From Coriobacteriales bacterium (lineage in GTDB: Bacteria > Actinomycetota > Coriobacteriia > Coriobacteriales > UMGS124): a DNA stretch of 61,707 nucleotides. Positions 7,176 to 15,000 of the stretch are shown here, one piece after another; position 1 is the first letter of the stretch, and every line of letters begins with the position of its first letter. The translations under genes were made by a program, and so were the position numbers. Under the pieces are notes generated by a model. It had not been told where the DNA came from, did not search any database, and saw only the letters and a program-made list of their open reading frames with translations. The stretch lies in contig DBEYOB010000149.1 in NCBI GenBank assembly GCA_048173955.1, positions 1 to 61,707 of the forward strand. The letters run 5' to 3'.

Positions 7176-9350
7176 ATGGACACCCTGCGCATCGATGGCT
7201 TTGCGGACTGGCGCTACGTCAACAGCGTGCGTGTGACGCCCGACGCGAAGCGGCTCGTGTATTCGGTCATCACGGTCGACATGCAGAACAACCGCTACGG
7301 CAACGACCTGTGGACTATGGACCTCGCCACCCGCGGGCAGCGCCGCCTGACCTCCTCGGGCAAGGAGGGCCGCTTCGACTTCATGGACGACGGCAGCGTG
7401 CTGTTCGCGTCGCGCCGCGCCGTCGCGGACGCGCCCGGTTCTGCGGGTTCCGCCGGGTCCGCGAACGCGCCCGAGCCGGGCTGCTCCCAGGCCGAGCTCG
7501 TCGCCGCGGTGATGGAGAAGCCGGCCGACAAGCTCGCCGAGGATCGCTCGAAGGGGTGCGACCTCTACCGCATCGCCCTCGACGGCGGCGAGGCCGTGCC
7601 GTACCTGCACATCCCGCTGACCGTCGCCGACTGGAAGCAGCTGCCCGACGGCAAGCTGCTCGTCCGTGCCCGCGAGCTGTCCGACGCGGCGTCCCCGTAC
7701 GCCCCGCTCGAGGACATCCCCTTCTGGGAGAACGGCAACACCTACACCGCCGGCCTGCGCTGGGGCCTCTACATCGCCGAGCCCGGCGAGCCCAAGGCGG
7801 ACGGGTCGGCGCCCGAGGCGCTGCTGCGCCGCCTGACCGCCGACGGGGAGAGCGTCGACCTCTACGCCCTGTCGTCCGACCGCACCCGCGCCTACGTGGC
7901 GTCGAGCACCTACCATGGCAGGATGCCCCTCACCAACCGCGTGGGCGCCATCGACCTGGCGACCGGCGAGCGCGCCGCCATGGGGCCCGAGGACATGTCC
8001 TTCAAGGTGCTCGAGCTGCTCGATGACGACACGATCATGCTGCTCGGCACCGACATGCGGACCTACGGCATCAACGAGGACCCGCAGGTGTTCCTCATGG
8101 GGACCGACGGCGCGGGCTATCGCCGCGTCTCGCCGGAGGGCTTCAACATCGACCTCTACAACCACATCGTGTCCGACGCGCGGCAGGGCGGCGGGCAGGC
8201 GGGGCTGGCGGTCGGCGGCGCGCTGTGCGTCGCCCACGCCGACGGCGACGCGTCGCACCTCTCGCGCCTGACCGCGCAGGGCGCCAAGACCCTGCTCGTC
8301 GGCGGCGAAGGCTCGATCGACAGCTTCGACACGCTCGACGGCCTCACGCTCTACTACGTCGCGATGCGCCCCAACCTGCTGCCCGAGCTGTACCGCTGCA
8401 CGGTCGGCGCCGACGGGGAGGCGGCCGGACCCGAGGAGCGGCTCACCGACTTCTCCGCCGCGCTGCCGGCCGGTGCGGTGACCGAGCCCGAGTCGTTCGA
8501 GTTCGAGAGCAACGGCGCCGTGCTCACCGGCTACGTCGTGAAGCCGGCGGGCTACGAGCCGGGCGGGAGCTATCCCGGCGTCCTGTGGGTGCACGGCGGG
8601 CCCAAGTGCGTCATGGGCAACGTGCTCTCGCACGAGATTCAATGGCTCAGCAACCTGGGCTACTTCGTGTTCTACACGAACCCTCACGGGTCGGGCGGTC
8701 ACGGCATCGAGTACGCCGCGAGCATCTTCGGCGGTTACGGCGGCATGGACTTCGACGACCTCATGGCCTTCACCGACGAGGTGCTCAAGCGTTATCCCGA
8801 TGTCGACGGCGACCGTCTTGCCGAGATGGGCGGTAGCTACGGCGGCTTCATGACCAACTGGGTCATCGGCCACACCGACCGCTTCGCCTGCTGTGTGTCG
8901 CAGCGCTCCATCAGCAACTGGGTGAGCATGTTCGGCGTCGCCGACATCGGCTACTACTTCGCCGACGACCAGACGCGCGGCTGGCCCTGGGGCGAGGCCG
9001 ACGGCGTGCCCAACGTCGCCGCCATGTGGGACCAGTCGCCGCTTAAGTACGCCGACCAGGTGAAGACCCCCACGCTGTTCCTGCACTCCGACGCCGACTA
9101 CCGCTGCCCGCTCGAGCAGGGCATGCAGATGTTCACGGCGCTGCAGCTCCACGGCGTGCCGACCCGTCTGACGGTGTTCAAGGGCGAGAACCACGAGCTG
9201 AGCCGCAGCGGCAAGCCCCAGGCGCGCATCCGCCGCCTGGCCGAGATCGCCGACTGGTGCGCCCGCTGGCTCAAGGGCGAAGAGGGGGGAGAGCCGACCC
9301 TGCACGAGGGTGCGCCGGCGGCCGGGACGGCCTGCTGCGACGGCGAGTAA
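7176..9350 (+). CDS. S9 family serine peptidase (prolyl oligopeptidase / acylaminoacyl-peptidase type)
   Basis: N-terminal beta-propeller-like region. C-terminal alpha/beta hydrolase with nucleophile elbow GGSYGGFM, HSDADYRCP (Asp) and GENHELS (His). ATG 7176 has AGGAGG 9 nt upstream. Confidence 0.9.
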   Translation: MDTLRIDGFADWRYVNSVRVTPDAKRLVYSVITVDMQNNRYGNDLWTMDLATRGQRRLTSSGKEGRFDFMDDGSVLFASRRAVADAPGSAGSAGSANAPEPGCSQAELVAAVMEKPADKLAEDRSKGCDLYRIALDGGEAVPYLHIPLTVADWKQLPDGKLLVRARELSDAASPYAPLEDIPFWENGNTYTAGLRWGLYIAEPGEPKADGSAPEALLRRLTADGESVDLYALSSDRTRAYVASSTYHGRMPLTNRVGAIDLATGERAAMGPEDMSFKVLELLDDDTIMLLGTDMRTYGINEDPQVFLMGTDGAGYRRVSPEGFNIDLYNHIVSDARQGGGQAGLAVGGALCVAHADGDASHLSRLTAQGAKTLLVGGEGSIDSFDTLDGLTLYYVAMRPNLLPELYRCTVGADGEAAGPEERLTDFSAALPAGAVTEPESFEFESNGAVLTGYVVKPAGYEPGGSYPGVLWVHGGPKCVMGNVLSHEIQWLSNLGYFVFYTNPHGSGGHGIEYAASIFGGYGGMDFDDLMAFTDEVLKRYPDVDGDRLAEMGGSYGGFMTNWVIGHTDRFACCVSQRSISNWVSMFGVADIGYYFADDQTRGWPWGEADGVPNVAAMWDQSPLKYADQVKTPTLFLHSDADYRCPLEQGMQMFTALQLHGVPTRLTVFKGENHELSRSGKPQARIRRLAEIADWCARWLKGEEGGEPTLHEGAPAAGTACCDGE

Positions 9351-9355
9351 CGCGC

Positions 9356-10270
9356 ATGAACAGCGAACAGCTGCGCTACTTCGAGCTCGCCTATCGGGAG
9401 CGCAATTTCTCGGCCGCGGCGCGCCTGGTCCCCTGCTCGCCGCAGGGCATGGCCAAGTCGATCCATGCGCTCGAGAAGGAGCTCGGCGTCCCGCTGTTCG
9501 ACACCGACGAGGAGACCGGCCTGCCGACGCCGACCGACTACGCCCACGAGCTCTTCGAGTTCGCGGCGGTCTACGACAGCAACCTGCGCCTGCTGCGGGA
9601 GTCGTTCGCGCGCATCCGGGGCTCCGAGCGCGCCCAGATCCGCCTTGCCTGCTCCCTGGGTGTGATCGGCGCGCTCGGCCCCGAGTTCCTCGCGGGGTTC
9701 GCCGAGCGCCATCCCAACATCGAGCTGACCTACTGGGAGGCGGCCGACGCCCAGTGCGAGCGGGCCCTCCTGGAGGGCGAGCGCGATCTGGGCCTGGTCG
9801 TCGGCCCCTATGCCCCGGGCATGACCGTGCGCGAGCTCTACCGCTGCCCCATGTACTTCTGGGTCCACGTCGACGACCCGCTGGCGTCGAAGGACAGCCT
9901 GACGATCGAGGACCTCGCCGGGCGCGACATCGCGATACCGGGCGAGGGCTTCAGGTGCTGCGAGCGCCTGCGCCGCGACAGCGCGGCCGCCTCGGTCAGG
10001 CTTGGGCGCATCTTCGAGATGAGCGAGATCTTCCAGCTCTACGAGTTCGCCGCCGGCGGGCGGGGCCTCGGCTTCACCGTGCGCCACCTCGTGAGCCTGC
10101 CGACGTTCTCGCGCCTCGAGACGGTCGTGGCGGTGCCCATGGCCAACGTCGACTGGCGCTTCGGCGTCGAGCGGCTCGCGACGCACGCGCTGGGGGAGGC
10201 GGAGCGGGCCTTCTGGGACTGGTGCGTCCGCTACGCGCGCCGCTTGCCGAGCGATCCGCTCGACGGGTGA
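9356..10270 (+). CDS. LysR-family transcriptional regulator
   Basis: N-terminal HTH MNSEQLRYFELAYRERNFSAAARLVPCSPQGMAKSIHALEKELGVPLF plus a LysR substrate-binding-type C-terminus. Lies immediately upstream of a flavoprotein reductase. Confidence 0.9.
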   Translation: MNSEQLRYFELAYRERNFSAAARLVPCSPQGMAKSIHALEKELGVPLFDTDEETGLPTPTDYAHELFEFAAVYDSNLRLLRESFARIRGSERAQIRLACSLGVIGALGPEFLAGFAERHPNIELTYWEAADAQCERALLEGERDLGLVVGPYAPGMTVRELYRCPMYFWVHVDDPLASKDSLTIEDLAGRDIAIPGEGFRCCERLRRDSAAASVRLGRIFEMSEIFQLYEFAAGGRGLGFTVRHLVSLPTFSRLETVVAVPMANVDWRFGVERLATHALGEAERAFWDWCVRYARRLPSDPLDG

Positions 10271-10272
10271 CC

Positions 10273-10289
10273 GCGTCCGGCACGGACGC
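10273..10289 (+). terminator. Short GC hairpin (GCGTCCG-GCA-CGGACGC) followed by TT, just after the LysR stop
   Basis: Read from the sequence. 7-bp perfect stem with a 3-nt loop. Confidence 0.3.
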
Positions 10290-10467
10290 TTGAAATCCCT
10301 GCTCAAGGCGGTCTGAGACGTTTGGTTCACGTCCGGCGCCAGGGCTGGTTCACGGTTGGTTGATGTGCGGCGGAATCCGGGCGTGCTACAGTAGGACTGT
10401 CTGTGGCGCAGGGGCGCCACGGCATGCACCGCCTGTTGTTGTCGCACTGCGATGAAAGGGGACGCAC

Positions 10468-12120
10468 ATGAACGACATCACCCGCCGCACCCTCCTCAAG
10501 AGCGCCGCTCTCGGCAGCGCCGCCGTGGCCGCCCTGGGCGCGACCGCCGCGCTCGCCGACGAGGCTCCCGCGGCCGAGGACGATGCGCTTGCCGGAAAGC
10601 ACACCTGGGAGGTCAAGCCCGACCCCATTCCCGCCGACCAGATCGTCGAGACGATCGACACCGAGGTCCTCGTCATCGGCGGCGGCTACTCGGGCACCTG
10701 CTGCGCCTGCAACGCCGCCCAGAACGGCGCCAAGGTCATCCTCGTCGAGAAGGACGACAAGCTCTACGGCAACGGCGTCGGCGGCACGGGCGCCGTGGGC
10801 TCGCGTGCCCTCGACGAGGCCGGCGTCGTCATCGACAAGCCGCTCGAGATGGAGCGCTGGGTCGCCACCTGCGGCAACCGCTGCCGCGAGTCGCTCGTCG
10901 GCAAGTGGTTCCGCGAGTCCGAGCGCTGCATGAACTGGCTGCTCGACATGGCCGAGCAGCACGAGATGGGCGTCATGGTGACGGTCGGCTCGCGCTCGGT
11001 CGTGCACCCCGAGGCCGACTGCTACCACATGCTCTTCGGCGGCCCCATCTTCGAGGAGCACACCGTCGCCGACGGCATCGAGTACATGTTCATGGAAGAG
11101 GCCCAGGCCGCCGGCGCCGAGTTCGTGTTCGAGATGCCCGCCGTGCAGCTCGTGCAGGACGAGTCCGGTGCCGTGACGGGCGCCATCTGCCAGAACGCCG
11201 ACGGCGAGTACGTGCAGTACAACGCGAGCAAGGGCGTCGTCCTGGCCACCGGCGACGTGAGCTACAACGACGAGTACCTCGAGGTCTACGCCCCCATCGC
11301 CTTCAAGGTCATGATGCGCCTCTGCGGCGACCTGGGCAACACCGGCGACGGCCACAACATGGCCGCCTGGGCGGGCGCCGCGTTCCAGGACGCCCCGTGG
11401 CCCACGATGATGCACCCGCAGGCGGCCGCCTCCTACCACGGCCCGTTCCTGTTCCTCAACCCCGACGGCAAGCGCTTCATGAACGAGGCCACCTGGGTTC
11501 AGGGCAAGTGCGTGGGTGTCATGGTCAACGGCGGCTACGACCACGCGTGGTCGATCTTCGACGCCAACTTCGAGGCCGACAACACCGACAGCCTCCAGTA
11601 CGGCGGCGGCATGTTCTGGGACAGCTTCCGCGCCGTGGGCAGCACCTACGCCGACGCGTCGGCCTCCCACGCCGAGAGCGTCAAGAACGGCGTCGAGAAC
11701 AACCCCGACAACTACAAGATGGGTGAGACCCTCGAGGACCTCATCGCCCAGCTCGACATGCCGGCCGACGTGGCCCTGGCGTCGATCGAGCGCTACAACG
11801 CGATGTGCGAGGCGGGCGAGGACACCGACTTCTTCAAGGAGTCGCACTACCTCTACCCGATCAAGGAAGGCCCCTTCTACGCCTGCAAGGTGGGCCCGGG
11901 CCTGCTCGGCGTCTGCGGCGGCGTGCACATCTCCGACAACTTCGAGGTCCTGACCGCCGACAACACGCCCATCCCCGGCCTGTACGCGATCGGCAACTGC
12001 GCGGGCGACATCTACGCCTACGACTACCCGATCAACATCCAGGGCAACTCCCACGGCCGCTGCCTGGTCGAGGGCAAGTGCCTCGGCGAGCAGCTCGCCG
12101 GCGTGTACCAGGAGATCTAG
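10468..12120 (+). CDS. Tat-exported FAD-dependent flavoprotein reductase (fumarate reductase/succinate dehydrogenase flavoprotein-like, FAD_binding_2)
   Basis: Twin-arginine signal MNDITRRTLLKSAALGSAAVAALGATAALA, FAD fold EVLVIGGGYSGTCCA, and C-terminal GLYAIGNCAGD. Confidence 0.9.
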   Translation: MNDITRRTLLKSAALGSAAVAALGATAALADEAPAAEDDALAGKHTWEVKPDPIPADQIVETIDTEVLVIGGGYSGTCCACNAAQNGAKVILVEKDDKLYGNGVGGTGAVGSRALDEAGVVIDKPLEMERWVATCGNRCRESLVGKWFRESERCMNWLLDMAEQHEMGVMVTVGSRSVVHPEADCYHMLFGGPIFEEHTVADGIEYMFMEEAQAAGAEFVFEMPAVQLVQDESGAVTGAICQNADGEYVQYNASKGVVLATGDVSYNDEYLEVYAPIAFKVMMRLCGDLGNTGDGHNMAAWAGAAFQDAPWPTMMHPQAAASYHGPFLFLNPDGKRFMNEATWVQGKCVGVMVNGGYDHAWSIFDANFEADNTDSLQYGGGMFWDSFRAVGSTYADASASHAESVKNGVENNPDNYKMGETLEDLIAQLDMPADVALASIERYNAMCEAGEDTDFFKESHYLYPIKEGPFYACKVGPGLLGVCGGVHISDNFEVLTADNTPIPGLYAIGNCAGDIYAYDYPINIQGNSHGRCLVEGKCLGEQLAGVYQEI

Positions 12121-12167
12121 GCGCAAGGAGAGCGGCCGGGCGCATGAAGGTCAGCCGGGTGTAAGAA

Positions 12168-12194
12168 GGCTGGCCGGGCACAGGATGGCCAGCC
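12168..12194 (+). terminator. Hairpin GGCTGGCC-N11-GGCCAGCC downstream of the flavoprotein gene
   Basis: 8-bp perfect stem read from the sequence. No U-tract. Confidence 0.25.
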
Positions 12195-12510
12195 GTCTGA
12201 AAGCCGGCCGTTCGCAAGCTGGCCCGAAAACTGGTTGGCCGGTCGGAGCGGTTGGGGCGGTGCCGAGATAGCGGCTCCGCAACACCGTGGCCTCACACGG
12301 CTCCAGGGGGAGGATCGCTGTCGAGCGGTCCTCCCCTCGTGCTTGCGGGCGACGCGCACGGTCTGCGGGTGGCGCGTACGGGGGCGTTACGCACGGGGAT
12401 AAGGTGTGCGAGGGCGGCGTGCATGGGGTGGCGCGTACGGGGGGGGCGGTGCGCAGTTGGGGTATCCTTGCGGGTGCGCAACCGGTGGGAAGAGACGAAA
12501 GGGGCGTCCG

Positions 12511-13133
12511 ATGGCGGAACATGAAGGCAATGCGCGTGCTGAGGGCCGGGCGCCGGAATCGGATGCGGCCGCGTCCGCGGATGCCGTGCATGCCGACGCC
12601 GTGCGTACGGACGCCGCGTGCGCAGGTGCCGCGTGCACGGACGCCGCGTGCACGGACGTTGAGGTGTTGTTCGCCCACCTCGAAGAGCTGGTCGTCCTGC
12701 TCCCCGAGATGCAGGAGCTGGGCGAGCGCCTGGCGAGGGCCCGCGCGGCCGAGGCAGTTCTTGCGCGCGCCCACGAGCTCGATGTGCGCGAGCTCATGCT
12801 GACCGAGGAGGATGCCCATCTCGCTGCCGAGCGGGAAGCCCTGCACGCTGCGCAGACCGCAGGAGACGAGGGCGAGATCGACCGGCACCAGCGCAACATG
12901 CTCTACTACGGGCAACGCCGCGGCCTGCGGGTCGGCCCGGTCGAAAACGGCAGGGCGGCGCTCGAAAAGGCGCTGAAGGCCGGGGGTTTGCGACGGTCGA
13001 GGACGCCCGGGCGGCGTCGATGCCCGCTGCCGAGATGGACGCCGCCGAGCGGCGGATCGCTGGCTACCAGGCCGACTACGCCACGACGCTTGCGGCCTGC
13101 CGGGAGGCGGAGGGCGCGGAGGCGTCCGAGTAG
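12511..13133 (+). pseudogene. Frameshifted coiled-coil ORF. Possibly a remnant resembling the central coiled-coil region of an SbcC/Rad50-like protein.
   Basis: ATG 12511 (GAAAGGGG upstream) opens MAEHEG..LFAHLEELVVLLPEMQELGERLARARAAEAVL..ALEKALKAGG. At the G5 run 12982-12986 the sensible reading continues in another frame as GFATVEDARAASMPAAEMDAAERRIAGYQADYATTLAACREAEGAEASE, ending at TAG 13131-13133. The original frame runs on into Arg/Pro-rich junk. Confidence 0.3.
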
Positions 13134-13379
13134 CGGGCGGGCGCGGCCGCCTGCGCCCGGGCCGCCTGCACCCGAAAAGTGCCCGATGCGTGCAGATGTC
13201 TGTCGAGTGAACGATGCGGCTTCGACTGCCTTGCTCAAAAGTTGCATAATCGTAAAATGTAATTACGTAATCGAGATGTTGGCATTCAAACACCCGCACC
13301 GCTAACTCAATAGGGCCGATTTCCATCATTCACTCGACCAAGACTTGCACGCATTGGGCGATATTCAGGTGTTTGATAT
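13133..13379. repeat. 247-bp dispersed intergenic repeat, copy a (partner at 23561..23807)
   Basis: Aligns by eye end to end with 23561..23807 in the same orientation at roughly 85-90% identity. AT-richer than its surroundings. Confidence 0.85.
13231..13258 (+). promoter_or_regulatory. Sigma70-like motif inside repeat copy a: TTGCTC-N16-TAAAAT
   Basis: Read from the sequence. The equivalent TTGTTC-N16-TAAAAT is conserved in copy b. Confidence 0.3.
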
Positions 13380-13404
13380 TCCGGGCGGTTTTTGTGGCTC
13401 GTTT

Positions 13405-13646
13405 GGTCGATTTCTTTGCGAGTGCGTGCTTTTCGAAAAGTGTTGGTCATTTTGCCAACGAGTGTGTGCGGTGGAACGGTGTCTACAGGGCGAACTTGAA
13501 ATGGATGCAGCAGACACACGGCTTCTAGCTGCGGTTTTCTGATTGACGAGATGCGGGCGATCGTGCTGAAGGCATCAACCTGCATGCACTCGTTGGCTTT
13601 TCGACCAGTATTTTTCCAAAAGCACGCACTCGGTGAAAAATCGACC
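13405..13646. repeat. MITE/REP-like palindromic intergenic element (long imperfect inverted arms, each built from two GGTC..CGAGTGYGTG units)
   Basis: Left arm is GGTCGATTTCTTTGCGAGTGCGTGCTTTTCGAAAAGTGTTGGTCATTTTGCCAACGAGTGTGTG. The right arm (13582-13646) is its imperfect reverse complement. A homologous element lies at 40331..40561. Confidence 0.7.
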
Positions 13647-13780
13647 GCCCGCGCGCTCGCCAACGCCGCCCGCCCGCGTGCCCGCCCGCGTGCTCACCAA
13701 CGCCGCCCGCGTGCCCGCCCGTCCCCGCGCTCGCCACCCCTTCGCCCGCCACCCCGCCGCCTGCCCCGCCTACCCTCGCG

Positions 13781-14701
13781 CTATCCCTTGTTCCGGTGCC
13801 GTTCGACGATGTCGCGGGCCTCGCGAATGGTTTCCAGCACCGCGTGCAGCCGCTCTTCGTCGTCGGCACGGTAGATGCAGTCGATGACGAAACGCGCGTC
13901 GTCATCGACGATGGGAACGATGGAGATGCCGGCGTTGCCCTCGAGCAGCTTGTTGCGGTGCAGGTTGCGCTGCTGGATGAACACGCCTCCGTTGGGCTGC
14001 GTGGTCGAGTAGACGGCGGGGCCGCCCAGCACCGGTCGTTTTTTGGGCGTGAACCCGTGGTTGCGGCACGCCCGTTCGATGCACGCCCAGCCCGAGCTCG
14101 AATAATCGTCGATGCATTGGATGAACGTCATGTCGCGGAGGTCTTCGAGGCGGAGGCCGTCGCGGCTGGCGAGGGGGTTGTCGCTGTCGAGGATCGCGAC
14201 GAACTGGCTGCGGGTCAGGTGGAACGACGAAAGGCCCCAGCGCCTCATGTCCTCGTCGTCGATGAACGAGAGCAGGATGTCGATCTGGCCGCTCACCAGA
14301 AGGTTTATCAAAGACGAATCTTCCCGGTGCTCGACGACGATGCTCGGCTGGTCGTCGTTCTTGAGCAGGGCGGTCGTGAGCGCGATGATGCTCGAGACGA
14401 CCTCGTCGTACAGGGTGCCGTCGATGCGAATCGGCTTCTCGCGCGACAGGCGCTCGACCGCCTCGCGGGCGCTGTCGTAGGCCCCGACGATGGCGCACGA
14501 CATCTCGAGTACCGTTTTCCCTGCCTCGGTGAGTCTCAGGCCGCGGTGTTCCCGCGTGAACAGCGGGGCGGAAAACTCCTTCTCGAGCGATGCGATGTGC
14601 TTGCTCAGGGCGGGCTGCGTCAAATTGAGCTGCTCGGCCGCGGTGGTGAAGTTGAGACAGCGGGCCAGCGCGATGAATTCCCGATACTCGCTTACGCCCA
14701 T
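13781..14701 (-). CDS. LysR-family transcriptional regulator, divergent from the molybdoenzyme operon
   Basis: HTH MGVSEYREFIALARCLNFTTAAEQLNLTQPALSKHIASLEKEFSAPLFTREHRGLRLTEAGK. 306 aa. Confidence 0.9.
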   Translation of the reverse strand: MGVSEYREFIALARCLNFTTAAEQLNLTQPALSKHIASLEKEFSAPLFTREHRGLRLTEAGKTVLEMSCAIVGAYDSAREAVERLSREKPIRIDGTLYDEVVSSIIALTTALLKNDDQPSIVVEHREDSSLINLLVSGQIDILLSFIDDEDMRRWGLSSFHLTRSQFVAILDSDNPLASRDGLRLEDLRDMTFIQCIDDYSSSGWACIERACRNHGFTPKKRPVLGGPAVYSTTQPNGGVFIQQRNLHRNKLLEGNAGISIVPIVDDDARFVIDCIYRADDEERLHAVLETIREARDIVERHRNKG

Positions 14702-14827
14702 ATCGCTCTCCCGATCCCCTTGCTCTGCACGACATGCCCCAAGAAAGTCGCGCCTCGATGGTTCAAGTATAGTGGACGTGCGGGGCCGTCGGGAGGGTGT
14801 GCGGTCCTATCGACTGGGAATGGAGTC

Positions 14828-14842
14828 ATGCCGAAACGGCAT
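14828..14842. promoter_or_regulatory. Perfect palindrome ATGCCG-AAA-CGGCAT containing a LysR-type T-N11-A motif, located between the LysR gene and the molybdoenzyme operon
   Basis: Read from the sequence. About 127 bp from the LysR start and about 160 bp from the molybdoenzyme start. Confidence 0.35.
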
Positions 14843-15000
14843 AGCAGATCGGTTGCGTTTCAATCGGAATTTCCCTACACCACAGAATTCCTCCATACTC
14901 TTGTCATCCTGGGCACACATGTGGCCGCCTGGATGTACGGACGGACGCACGGTCGCCCAAGATGCCATGTCAGCTGCAGAGAGTTGGAAGGGGAGGAAAT

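Noticed and set aside
12151-13329. 392-aa minus-strand ORF, and the short minus-strand ORF (MMEIG.IELAV.VFECQ..) shared by both 247-bp repeat copies (also 23476..23757).
   Set aside because: The long ORF is Arg/Pro junk across an intergenic, repeat-rich region. In the shared part, nearly every nucleotide difference between the two copies changes the amino acid, so there is no sign of purifying selection on a protein.
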